Below are positions 1-8,169 of a stretch of DNA of 64,000 nucleotides, one piece after another. How positions within the stretch are numbered: the stretch's first letter is position 1; the number at the start of each line of letters is the position of its first letter. The notes beneath the pieces were generated by a model. It was not told the origin of the DNA and did no database searches. It was given only the letters and a program-made list of their open reading frames with translations. Position numbers and translations under genes: made by a program. Origin of the DNA: Parcubacteria group bacterium RIFCSPLOWO2_01_FULL_48_18 (lineage in GTDB: Bacteria > Patescibacteriota > Minisyncoccia > UBA6257 > WO2-01-48-18); the NCBI GenBank assembly GCA_001824435.1, contig MHXH01000017.1, forward strand, positions 335 through 64,334, in the 5' to 3' direction.

Positions 1-389
1 TTCTGTTCCAAGAGATGCTCAATAAGGCAGTGAAAATCTCCGTCGCCGCTAACGATTAGCGCCCGGTCGAAGTCGTTGATATGTATCATGGTGTGCAGGA
101 CAAGCTCCGCATCCACATTGCCCTTTACGTCCCCGTCTGGCAACTCAAGAGTCGGCTTAAACACACAAACATATCCACTCTCTTGTAGATACTTAAATAA
201 ACCTTCGTTGCCCTTCACATAACCGATACAAAGGAACGCTTTCGTGATGCGATACTTATCACTGAGGTATATTCGGAATCGGCCGAAATCAAGTTCCCAC
301 CCCTGATCGCGAATGCTGAGGTTAAGATTGTTGCTGTCTATAAACGCAAAATTGTTTTCTTTTGGAACCGGGTGTATAAAGTTTATCAT
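1..389 (-). CDS. NYN/LabA-like domain protein (C-terminus runs off the window edge)
   Basis: Manual minus-strand translation from ATG at ~387-389: MINFIHPVPKENNFAFIDSNNLNLSIRDQGWELDFGRFRIYLSDKYRITKAFLCIGYV...LIVSGDGDFHCL. Acidic motif spacing fits the NYN (PIN-like) fold. Not in the ORF track because it is open at the window edge. Confidence 0.5.
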   Translation of the reverse strand, partial: MINFIHPVPKENNFAFIDSNNLNLSIRDQGWELDFGRFRIYLSDKYRITKAFLCIGYVKGNEGLFKYLQESGYVCVFKPTLELPDGDVKGNVDAELVLHTMIHINDFDRALIVSGDGDFHCLIEHLLEQ

Positions 390-506
390 ACGTTTTTGTT
401 TTCACGCTCGCTACAATTGCTGCAGCTTAACCGATCCGGCGGTTGAAGCGGTAAATGTCTTCAAGGCATTGCTTAGATCAATTATGAGAGCCGGCTTCAG
501 ATTACC

Positions 507-665
507 TCACGCCTTCTCGTCGCGCTCGTCCAGGTACACGGCAAAATCATAGTCGCTTAAATGGCCGCTTGCGTTTGCTGCCCGCGAACCGAAAAAATAA
601 ACCAACTTTACCGCCGGATGATTCTCAAAAATAGACTCTGTTTTTAGACTAATTTCTTCAAACAT
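507..665 (-). CDS. Short nucleotidyltransferase (MNT-like) fragment, 52 aa
   Basis: Manual translation: MFEEISLKTESIFENHPAVKLVYFFGSRAANASGHLSDYDFAVYLDERDEKA. GS(R) and hDhD motifs match a Pol-beta-type nucleotidyltransferase, but the protein is only half the usual MNT length. Confidence 0.3.
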   Translation of the reverse strand: MFEEISLKTESIFENHPAVKLVYFFGSRAANASGHLSDYDFAVYLDERDEKA

Positions 666-742
666 TTATTCTACACTCATTTATTCTACACTGAACTTCC
701 TCAGCTCTTTTTTAATAACTTCATCGCTTGATTAAAACCTCT

Positions 743-997
743 TTATGCATGCTTTTGAAAGTATAGTTTGAAGTAATGTATTATTTTTGGTTCATAATTA
801 ACTCTCTTTTGTTTTAATTGCTTGCGAAAAATGCGGGCAGTTCTTTTAACGCCCAAAATGGAGAGCAGCTTTTTTACATCATTAAAATCGCCGTAATTTA
901 ATACGCTTTCTACAATGGCTTCTTCGGAGAGATGTTCCGCGTCGTCAGTGTGCCAAACCAAATAAGGTCTTTTTTTAATGAAATCTTTGATGCTCAT
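743..997 (-). CDS. hypothetical protein (84 aa)
   Basis: ORF track, compact gene spacing; no recognisable family. Confidence 0.4.
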   Translation of the reverse strand: MSIKDFIKKRPYLVWHTDDAEHLSEEAIVESVLNYGDFNDVKKLLSILGVKRTARIFRKQLKQKRVNYEPKIIHYFKLYFQKHA

Positions 998-1027
998 GCT
1001 TATATCTTATTTCGATATATCGATATG

Positions 1028-1660
1028 TCATAAGGTTTCCAGCCGGATGCTTCCTGTGGTGCTTCCAAAATTGACATTCGTCGAGGTGGCAAATGAAGTA
1101 GTAGCCGTAGTAGCAACCACTTCTCCCTGCGAGCCGCCGGACCAGTCGGTCTGCGCGTAAATATCATTGATGTAACGGGAAACGTAGCTGACCTGGGAAA
1201 ATTCGTTGGCGCCGGCTCCGGGTTCAGTCCATGTCAGTTTCGTCGTAAGTTTCTTCGTGGACGGGTCCCACGCGCCTCCGGCGCTGACAATATTGCCGGT
1301 AGACGTTGAACGATACACGTCATCCGTCCAGAAATAACGCGTATAGGCGATGCGGTTAAGCGTAACGGATTCTGTTCCGGTCGCATGCACCCATTTACCC
1401 GCAGATGTAGTGGCAAAATACGCATTGGCGGAGCTGGTGGCAAGCTGATCAAGATTGTTCCAATTTTCAAGGCTCAAGGCCCGAACCGCCTCTACTGTTT
1501 CCTGCGACAAAAAGAGCGCGGCGGTTTTGCCAAGCGAGAGCCGGACGCCTTTAATCGATGTCGCGATGGCAAGCGAGATTGAAACGCTGACAAAAATAAT
1601 AATCGCCACCGCCACGATGACTTCCATCAAAATTTGACCCGGCTGTCCTTTGCGCAACAT
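1028..1660 (-). CDS. type IV pilin-like (prepilin-type N-terminal cleavage/methylation domain) protein
   Basis: Internal Met gives MLRKGQPG|QILMEVIVAVAIIIFVSVSISLA. Gly, then E at +5 and a hydrophobic helix is a class III signal. The Thr/Ser-rich C-terminus is typical of CPR pilins. The ORF-track N-terminal extension crosses promoter repeats and was not used. Confidence 0.6.
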   Translation of the reverse strand: MLRKGQPGQILMEVIVAVAIIIFVSVSISLAIATSIKGVRLSLGKTAALFLSQETVEAVRALSLENWNNLDQLATSSANAYFATTSAGKWVHATGTESVTLNRIAYTRYFWTDDVYRSTSTGNIVSAGGAWDPSTKKLTTKLTWTEPGAGANEFSQVSYVSRYINDIYAQTDWSGGSQGEVVATTATTSFATSTNVNFGSTTGSIRLETL

Positions 1661-1724
1661 TGGCTTGGCTATTGCATGTATTGTAGCATATACCTTGCTA
1701 GTTTTTGGGAAACTGTGAATAACC

Positions 1725-1775
1725 AGATTTCGACATATCGATATGTCGGTATGTCGAAATTTTCGATATAATAAA
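1725..1775. promoter_or_regulatory. Palindromic 8-bp-unit motif (cgacatatcgatatgtcg) between the divergent pilin and ROK genes
   Basis: Perfect 18-bp palindrome plus extra tcgaNat units. Same octamer family as 1003-1030, 2043-2102 and 8055-8168. Confidence 0.4.
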
Positions 1776-1778
1776 AGC

Positions 1779-2702
1779 ATGCTTTCCATCGGCATCGATA
1801 TCGGCGCGAGCAAAATATTAGGAATCGTCTATGACTCGCGCCGCAAAAAAATTGCCCGTCTTCACATCGCTCAAACAGAAGGACCGCGGTCGGCCGTTGC
1901 AATGGCCGAAAAGCTGATTCTGGAACACCGCATGACCGGCAAAGGAAACATACCGACAGGCATTGCAATTGCCGGGGTGGTAAAAAACAACACGGTGGTG
2001 CGCGCCGCGAACATGAAAGGATGGAACGGAATAAACTTGAAGGCCGCATTTCGACATTTCGATATTTCAGTATTTCGGCATATCGACATTTCACGGTTCC
2101 GGGTCGAAAATGATGCGCAGTGTTTCGGGTACGCAGAATCTCTAATTGGGTACGGAAAAAACAAGGAATCAGCCGTCTTTTTAACCCTGGGGAGCGGCAT
2201 TGGCGGAGCAATTCTTTTAAACGGCTCGTTCTACCGAGGGGCGCATGGGTCGGCAGGAGAGGTGGGGCATACCGTAGCGAAATTCGTCCCGAGCAAAGTC
2301 GAGGGACGAAATTCGAAATTCGAAACCCTCGAGTGGGAATATCTGGCCGCGAAACGGTTTTTTGCTGCACATGGGGTAGACGACCCGAAAGAACTGGAAG
2401 ACAAGGCGCGGAAGGGCAATAAGAAAGCTTTGAACATGTACCGGGAATTCGGCGTCAACCTCGGCGTCGGCCTTGCCAATATCATCAATACGCTCGATCC
2501 GGAAATCATCATTTTGGGCGGCGGCCTCGCGCACACGTACGACCTGTTCATTGCTCCGGCTCGGCAGACCATCAAAAGATTTGTCGTCAATCCTGCGGCG
2601 AGTCGCACCAAAATCGTCAAATCAAAAATCGCTTGGCAGGGGGCAGCGATTGGAGCAGCGCTAATGGCTATCAATCGAGTAGGAGGGAAACTCACTGCGT
2701 AA
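1779..2702 (+). CDS. ROK family sugar kinase (glucokinase-like)
   Basis: MLSIGIDIGASKILG..., ENDAQCFGYAE, GSGIGGAILLNG and GEVGH match the ROK/glucokinase signature. Start chosen at the conserved N-terminal Met. Confidence 0.75.
   Translation: MLSIGIDIGASKILGIVYDSRRKKIARLHIAQTEGPRSAVAMAEKLILEHRMTGKGNIPTGIAIAGVVKNNTVVRAANMKGWNGINLKAAFRHFDISVFRHIDISRFRVENDAQCFGYAESLIGYGKNKESAVFLTLGSGIGGAILLNGSFYRGAHGSAGEVGHTVAKFVPSKVEGRNSKFETLEWEYLAAKRFFAAHGVDDPKELEDKARKGNKKALNMYREFGVNLGVGLANIINTLDPEIIILGGGLAHTYDLFIAPARQTIKRFVVNPAASRTKIVKSKIAWQGAAIGAALMAINRVGGKLTA
2043..2102 (+). repeat. In-frame 8-bp tandem repeat (6 units, atttcgac-like) inside the ROK kinase CDS
   Basis: atttcgac|atttcgat|atttcagt|atttcggc|atatcgac|atttcacg encodes AAFRHFDISVFRHIDISRFR, inserted before the conserved VENDA motif. 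Confidence 0.6.
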
Positions 2703-2703
2703 G

Positions 2704-2745
2704 TCATGTCAACAAAAATACGATCGCAAAGATATTGACTAACGT
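2704..2745. repeat. ~42-bp direct repeat, left copy, flanking the PaaX-like gene
   Basis: gtcatgtcaacaaaaatacgatcgcaaagatattgactaacg vs 3345-3388 gtcgtgtcaatgtttttacgatcgcataaatattgactgatg. Confidence 0.5.
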
Positions 2746-3257
2746 CATTTTGTCATTGTTCCCGGATTTTTAACTTCAAAAATGTGAATGTATTTAAGCA
2801 TATTCAGATCATTTAGATTTTTAATGAATTCTTCAGGAAGCAGGCCGTTGCCGACCCAGACGCTTTTTTGTAATAGAGTAAAATCAAGGAGTTTTAATTC
2901 TGTGCGCAGCCAATTTCTGTACCGTTTATACTTTTCGGGAATGTCAAATACGATGATCGTACTACGGGTTTTGTCGTTTGTGGTTTTTTTGAACGAATGT
3001 GCCGGAAGCCTTTTCTGCCGCAGCTGAAGCAATTTTTCTTTTCCTTTTTGTAAAATTCTCCATGCTCCGCTAACTTCTTTTTTTACCAGTCCTTGCTTTT
3101 TCAGATTTGATAATGTCGTTGAAAACGTCGTTTCGGTCGACGGCCGCCCCATTCTTGTATATCGAGGCTTTGTCGGGTAGAGAACGGCGCGCCTAAGGGC
3201 GCCGTAGTTGCCCGGGGAGCTTTCCAGAAACTCTAATATTAATTCGGTAATAGCCAT
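2745..3257 (-). CDS. PaaX-like transcriptional regulator-like protein (wHTH plus PaaX C-terminal-type domain)
   Basis: TIIVFDIPEKYKRYRNWLRTELKLLDFTLLQKSVWVG resembles the PaaX pattern W..lvlysvPe..r..r..LRreL.w.GFg.lq.svW. Confidence 0.45.
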   Translation of the reverse strand: MAITELILEFLESSPGNYGALRRAVLYPTKPRYTRMGRPSTETTFSTTLSNLKKQGLVKKEVSGAWRILQKGKEKLLQLRQKRLPAHSFKKTTNDKTRSTIIVFDIPEKYKRYRNWLRTELKLLDFTLLQKSVWVGNGLLPEEFIKNLNDLNMLKYIHIFEVKNPGTMTK

Positions 3258-3344
3258 TAATCAATTATAATGGGAGTTAAGACATAATGAGGGTTACAGA
3301 TGACCTCAATGATGTATGAGTTATAATATAATCAAAGTCATCAG

Positions 3345-3388
3345 TCGTGTCAATGTTTTTACGATCGCATAAATATTGACTGATGGTT
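3345..3388. repeat. ~42-bp direct repeat, right copy, flanking the PaaX-like gene
   Basis: See 2704-2745; contains TTGACT. Confidence 0.5.
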
Positions 3389-3529
3389 GTATCAACTTAT
3401 TATTATGCAAATCGGTGGTAGTTAATGCCCTTTGCATAAATGAAGCTCCGCGCGGCAAGGGAAGTCTGACTTCCCAAGCCGCGCGGTATCAAGCGGAATT
3501 CTTACGAAACCCCGTACCATACGCAAGCT

Positions 3530-3715
3530 TAGGTACGGGGCGAAGCAACCCTTCGATCCGTTCGATTAACTCAGGTCATTCAGACTCCCTCGGGCTGTTC
3601 AGTCTCTTCGAGCCTGAGGGCTCTTCAGAGCCTGAACGGCCTGAAGACTTCACAGTACAGTCGAAGGAACTGAGTCCTCTTCGAGCCTGAAGGCTCTTCA
3701 GAGCTCCTCGAGTTC
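3530..3715. repeat. GC-rich dispersed repeat (family R1; ctcgaagag/cctgaagacttcacagtcgaaggaactgagtcct words)
   Basis: Shares long identical words with 6295-6490 (cctcgggctgttcagtc; cctgaagacttcacagt...gtcgaaggaactgagtcctc). Related copies at 5149-5274, 19130-19260 and 28070-28200. Confidence 0.7.
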
Positions 3716-3750
3716 ACCGAATCTGAATAATAATATAAGTTAATTTCAAT

Positions 3751-4227
3751 ATGATGATTAGGAGAAAAAAGTTATTTTTGGGCCTTGCGACATTCGTAGT
3801 CGTTGGGTTGCTGTTGGTAATTGCTGCAATGACCGGTCTTTTCCCATGGCACACTATAGAGCAAGCAAAAAACCAACTCTCGCTCGACTTATTAACGATA
3901 GAGGGTGTCGCTGGTGTGGGAATTGGGGACTGTGAAGGCAAGCCCTGCATCAGCGTATTACTGGAAGAAGATACTCCTGAACTACGACAAAAAATTCCCG
4001 GTGAGTTTAAGGGTTTTAAAGTGATTATAGAAACAACTGGGCCGATCACGATGGTCCCTCCACTGCGAATTTGTGATGCGCAGAATCCATGTCCGGCCGG
4101 GCAAGGATGTTATAAATTTGAAGACGAATCCCAACCGCTCTGCTGGACTCAAAACCCCTGCGAACGATGTGATTCAAAACAATGTCGCCTTGGCGAGTCT
4201 TACCCCATAGAGGTAGTGTGCCAGTAA
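3751..4227 (+). CDS. hypothetical membrane-anchored/secreted cysteine-rich protein
   Basis: N-terminal TM helix (LFLGLATFVVVGLLLVIAAM) and 10 Cys in the C-terminal 70 aa. Confidence 0.5.
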   Translation: MMIRRKKLFLGLATFVVVGLLLVIAAMTGLFPWHTIEQAKNQLSLDLLTIEGVAGVGIGDCEGKPCISVLLEEDTPELRQKIPGEFKGFKVIIETTGPITMVPPLRICDAQNPCPAGQGCYKFEDESQPLCWTQNPCERCDSKQCRLGESYPIEVVCQ

Positions 4228-4245
4228 TGGAAGAGTGACAAAAGA

Positions 4246-5463
4246 CTATAGGCTAGAATCTGATTGGGTGATTGTTTCTATGAGCGCAACTTCTAGGGGT
4301 ACGATAGGAAACGAACTGAAGTGGATGTGCGGCTGCGCATCAAGGAGCGCTTTGAGCAGTTTGGTCAAAAAGCGGATGTCGGCTCCTTCGGCCTGTTCTC
4401 TAAACCAACGCAGCTCGTCATCGCTGAAGCTTTGTCCGTACACGGCAGCAGCCTCAGGGCTGATAGCGATCGCGAGCAGCCGACGAACGTATCGCATAAG
4501 GTCTTTGTGCAGCGCGGCGATATTGGATGTTTCTTCATCCAAACGGCGAAGGTGCGCCATTATGCCCTTCGCATCTTTTTTTAAAACGGCGTCGACAAGA
4601 GCTTTAAGCTTTGCAATGTTTACTCTGCCGAGCGCCTCTTCGATTGCGGCTCCGTCGATGAGGGCGTAGCCGAACGAAGCAACTTGCTCAAGAAACGATT
4701 CTGCATCTCGAAGCGATCCTTCCGCGGCAAGGGATACAAGTCGTAGGGCTTCGTCGGTGATGGATATTGCCTCTGCGGCAGCGATCTTTTTAAGTTTTTC
4801 CACGATGTGGCTGCTGCGAAGCCTCTTAAAATCGAAACGCTGGGTGCGGGAAACAACGGTAAGCGGCAACTTATCCGGCTCGGTGGTGGCAAGAATAAAC
4901 ATGGCATGGAGCGGAGGCTCCTCCAAAAGTTTTAACAACGCATTGGCCGCGTCTTTCGTAAGCGCATGCGCTTCGTCGACAATAAATACTTTACGGCCGA
5001 GAAAGCTCGGCATCACTACCGCCGCCTCCTTCAAATTTCTAATTTCGTCGATGCCGCGGTTGGAAGCCGCATCAATTTCCACCACGTCAAGCGTCCGCCC
5101 TTCGTCAATTTGTACGCACGCAAGGCAATCATTGCACGGTTCTCCGACGCCTGCGAAGCTTTCATCCCTCAGGACTGAATCCCTTCGGTCTGAGACCTTA
5201 GGGTCGAAGACCTCGGACCGTTCGGCTCTGAGAGTCTCAGGCTCGAAGAGACGAACATCCCCGAGCCGCGTCAGACAATTGACGGCTTTTGCCAAAATCC
5301 GCGCAGCCGTGGTCTTGCCGGTACCGCGGCTGCCGCAAAAAAGATACGCATGCGCAATGCGGCCGGTCGCGGCGGCGTTTTTTAAAATCAGCGTGGTCGC
5401 TTCCTGTCCAATAATATCGGAAAATCGTCTGGGACGATATTTGCGGTATAAGGCAACTGACAT
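4246..5463 (-). CDS. dnaX: DNA polymerase III subunit gamma/tau
   Basis: MSVALYRKYRPRRFSDIIGQE, GSRGTGKTT (Walker A), FIVDEAHAL, TVVSRTQRF. Start at the conserved YRKYRP Met (5461-5463). Confidence 0.85.
   Translation of the reverse strand: MSVALYRKYRPRRFSDIIGQEATTLILKNAAATGRIAHAYLFCGSRGTGKTTAARILAKAVNCLTRLGDVRLFEPETLRAERSEVFDPKVSDRRDSVLRDESFAGVGEPCNDCLACVQIDEGRTLDVVEIDAASNRGIDEIRNLKEAAVVMPSFLGRKVFIVDEAHALTKDAANALLKLLEEPPLHAMFILATTEPDKLPLTVVSRTQRFDFKRLRSSHIVEKLKKIAAAEAISITDEALRLVSLAAEGSLRDAESFLEQVASFGYALIDGAAIEEALGRVNIAKLKALVDAVLKKDAKGIMAHLRRLDEETSNIAALHKDLMRYVRRLLAIAISPEAAAVYGQSFSDDELRWFREQAEGADIRFLTKLLKALLDAQPHIHFSSFPIVPLEVALIETITQSDSSL
5149..5274 (-). repeat. R1 repeat copy inserted in-frame in dnaX (~40-aa insertion in the zinc-module loop)
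   Basis: Between AVNC and GEPCNDCLAC the protein reads LTRLGDVRLFEPETLRAERSEVFDPKVSDRRDSVLRDESFAG. DNA matches the R1 family (ggctctgagagtctcaggctcgaagagacgaa vs 6400-6440). Confidence 0.65.
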
Positions 5464-5572
5464 GTGAGCATAAGGCTGCCAAGAAAAATTTCTCCGGCAG
5501 TTTCTTAGTCCCTTAAGGATAAAATAAAAATTGCCGCAAGGCAACTTTATGCACGCACCGGACGCCATACCC

Positions 5573-5609
5573 TTGACTATACTATCATACACTGTAGTAT
5601 AGTAGTATA
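5573..5609 (+). promoter_or_regulatory. Sigma70-like promoter (TTGACT-17/18-TAGTAT) overlapped by 34-bp palindromic operator motif, copy 1
   Basis: ttgactatactatcatacactgtagtatagtagtata. Palindrome shared with 6519-6552 and 37064-37099. Confidence 0.5.
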
Positions 5610-5680
5610 GCATAACACCCATTATTTCTATGCCAAAACTATCCAAGCATCGGCCAAGGACAGAGGTAGGAGACGCAATT

Positions 5681-6085
5681 ATGAACCAGCTCTTCCGTTC
5701 ATTGATACGCGTGCAAAACGAGAAGGAAGCGGCTGAATTCTTGAATGATTTTTTTACCCTAACCGAAAAACGAATGCTTGCAAAACGACTGGCTATTGCC
5801 GTTTTATTGCATGCGGGGGCGAACTACAAAGAGATCAACGCGCTGCTGAAGGTATCACACACAACGATCAATCGAGTTTCAAATGCCATTGCGCTGGGCG
5901 GGAAGGCGTATCAAAAAACCGCGGATGACATCATGAATGTTCTCCTGCGCCATCGGGGTTCCGCAACAACGAACAGGCGGGAAGAAAGCAAAGACATGGT
6001 GACGCTTATAAAAGATTTCTTTGACGAATGGGACAATGCGAAACTGCATAGCGTTTATCGCCCGCTCACCAAGGGATCCCGATAA
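5681..6085 (+). CDS. TrpR/YerC-YecD family DNA-binding protein
   Basis: NEKEAAEFLNDFFTLTEKRMLAKRLAIAVLL..GANYKEINALLKVSHTTINRVS matches the Trp-repressor-like fold family. Start may be the upstream Met at 5630. Confidence 0.6.
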   Translation: MNQLFRSLIRVQNEKEAAEFLNDFFTLTEKRMLAKRLAIAVLLHAGANYKEINALLKVSHTTINRVSNAIALGGKAYQKTADDIMNVLLRHRGSATTNRREESKDMVTLIKDFFDEWDNAKLHSVYRPLTKGSR

Positions 6086-6294
6086 AACAAAGAAATTTCA
6101 AAAACAAAAAACTCCAATAGGCTACAGGCCACGGAGCTTCGATATACCCAGAATCGCAATATATTCACCAGTTACAACCCGGAAGCCCCAGTCTTCTCCG
6201 CCAAACAGAACGTCCGAAAACTCCCTTTTTGAGATTTTTGGTATTTCTTTTGGCTTGTTCGCGTCGGCCAAATTGCCAAAATTCGAGTTTTCGG

Positions 6295-6490
6295 ACGGCC
6301 TGAAAGGAGGATCAACTCCTCGAGTTCATCGAATCCCTCGGGCTGTTCAGTCCTGAAGACTTCACAGTCGAAGGAACTGAGTCCTCGGGCCGTTCAGGCT
6401 CTGAGGAGCCCTCAGGCTCGAAGAGACGAATGTCTGGGATTCTCTGAATCGAATGATCTGAGTCTCGGAGTCGAAGACCCCTGGCTGAAG
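6295..6490. repeat. GC-rich dispersed repeat (family R1) copy
   Basis: Long words shared with 3530-3715 and 5149-5274. Confidence 0.7.
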
Positions 6491-6518
6491 GCCGGGTTGT
6501 AACAGGGTTCACTTTTTT

Positions 6519-6552
6519 CTACACTATCATACTACAGTGTATGATAGTGTAG
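6519..6552. promoter_or_regulatory. 34-bp palindromic operator-like motif, copy 2 (ctacactatcatactacagtgtatgatagtgtag)
   Basis: Perfect 14-bp arms, flanked by T6/A5. Near-identical to the reverse complement of copy 3. Confidence 0.5.
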
Positions 6553-6619
6553 AAAAATTAACTTTCGTCCCTCAATTTCTCGATTTATAAATCCCGTATC
6601 GAGAAACTAAACGATTCCG

Positions 6620-8020
6620 TTACTGCAGGACGAGATTGTATTTTTTAAGCGCCCATTCCCATCCCAGCGATACCGCTTCCAGCAACGCCGCCGTATTTGC
6701 TTGCGCCGAAGATATGTCGGCCAGATTCCATATTTCCGCAAAATCCAAATCCCTCCTCGCCAAACTTTCCAAATCAAACAGGTCGTCCTGAAGGGCACGG
6801 AATCGCGCGTCGGTGATGGCGTTATTGAAACGGCTAAACTCGATATACGCCTGCTGGCCGACTGAAAGCGCATCGTCAAGGCTCGCAATCGCCCTACCGT
6901 GGAACCCCGCAAGGTCGCTCGGCGGAACAACTCCCTTCCCCATGCTCACCAGCCAACCCAACGACCGGATCATGCGGCCGAAATCGTCCCAACCGGATGC
7001 ATGGGACGGCCGATGTACGGCTACCGCCGCAAGCGTGTTATGGCCGTTGACAAACTCAAGCTGCGGAGGGTTAAAATCGTCAAACTGGACAAAAAAATCA
7101 TTGAGCGCCGATAAAAAATCAAAGTAGGCAACCGTGAGCTCCGCGTCCTGCTGAATGACGCCGACCTGCTTTATGGCATCTTCAAGAATGCGACTAACGG
7201 TGATATTGCTCTGCGCCGTTTTGAAATTTTCGAGCGAACTGACGAAGGGGTCGTTCGTGGCAAGCGCGACAGAAGACTGATCTTGCGTCAGCGATTTGAG
7301 CTCGCCGAGTTTTCCCGCAAGCGTCACATACGGCCCTTCGGAAACGAACGCTTTAAATCTCCGAAACTCACCCATCCCTTCCCGGGCATACTGCTCTGAT
7401 TCACGCAAGAGCCGTACGAGACCGTCGTGAAAATCTTTCAAGCGGAACGGCACGCGGGCAATTTCCGCTTTCGTCAAAATTCTTCCCGCATTTTCCGTAA
7501 GCAGCTCGTAGGTCTGCCACACGTCTTCATATTGCGCTCCTCCCGAAACGGGATTATTCGCAAGCAATGCGCGATCGGGAGAAACCGATTGAAAAAGATT
7601 CTTCAATTCCGCCAGGAGAGAATAATAATATTCCGATTCGCTGGCAAATTCTTCTTCCAGCGTGTTTTCGGAAGCCAAGTACTGCTGGAAAACAGCCAAT
7701 GACTTACTGTGCAGCTCTTTCAGATCGCCTTTTGACGGTTTGAGCGGGAAAAATTCTTCTGCAGCCCTCTTTGCCGCTTCGCCGATCCGACCCAGGCTCG
7801 CCTCAAGCATGCCGTAAGGATCATACTGGTAATTCTCCTCCCGAGCGCCCGCCACCGCCTGCTCAAACGCATACCACGCCGGATACGCGCGCCGCAAATA
7901 CTGCTGTGGCTGATACTCATTCACATACCACAAGAAACCGCCGAAAACCAAAAAAACAACAAGCAGCACGACCAGCCACCGTACGAGAGGAACGCGAAAT
8001 ATAACGCCAAGAGGGTTCAT
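6620..8020 (-). CDS. hypothetical membrane-anchored protein (466 aa)
   Basis: N-terminal TM helix; no family recognised. Confidence 0.55.
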   Translation of the reverse strand: MNPLGVIFRVPLVRWLVVLLVVFLVFGGFLWYVNEYQPQQYLRRAYPAWYAFEQAVAGAREENYQYDPYGMLEASLGRIGEAAKRAAEEFFPLKPSKGDLKELHSKSLAVFQQYLASENTLEEEFASESEYYYSLLAELKNLFQSVSPDRALLANNPVSGGAQYEDVWQTYELLTENAGRILTKAEIARVPFRLKDFHDGLVRLLRESEQYAREGMGEFRRFKAFVSEGPYVTLAGKLGELKSLTQDQSSVALATNDPFVSSLENFKTAQSNITVSRILEDAIKQVGVIQQDAELTVAYFDFLSALNDFFVQFDDFNPPQLEFVNGHNTLAAVAVHRPSHASGWDDFGRMIRSLGWLVSMGKGVVPPSDLAGFHGRAIASLDDALSVGQQAYIEFSRFNNAITDARFRALQDDLFDLESLARRDLDFAEIWNLADISSAQANTAALLEAVSLGWEWALKKYNLVLQ

Positions 8021-8054
8021 TGCTCTATACTGTAATTATACAATAACGTGCGGG

Positions 8055-8168
8055 ATGTCAAAATGTCGAGATGTCGAGATAACAACATATCGAGACGTCG
8101 AGATATCGAGATGTCAAGACATCGAGATGTCGAGATATCGAGATATCAATATATCGAGATACCGAAAT
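8055..8168. repeat. Tandem array of ~13 octamer units (RTRTCGAG)
   Basis: atgtcgag|atgtcgag|ataacaac|atatcgag|acgtcgag|atatcgag|atgtcaag|acatcgag|atgtcgag|atatcgag|atatcaat|atatcgag|ataccgaa. Lies between the stop of 8170..10197 and the start of 6620..8020. Confidence 0.7.
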
Positions 8169-8169
8169 G

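Noticed and set aside
313-552. 79-aa plus-strand ORF
   Set aside because: Antisense to the NTase/NYN region; no support.
1661-1813. Long N-terminal extension of the pilin ORF (1028..1813 as given in the track)
   Set aside because: The extension spans the palindromic promoter repeats. The prepilin leader logic fits the internal Met at 1658-1660.
3376-3690. ORF-track ORFs 3376..3690 (+) and 6312..6512 (-) encoding LFEPEGSSEPERPED-like peptides
   Set aside because: They are translations of the R1 repeat element in intergenic DNA. Low-complexity, repeat-derived and without start context.
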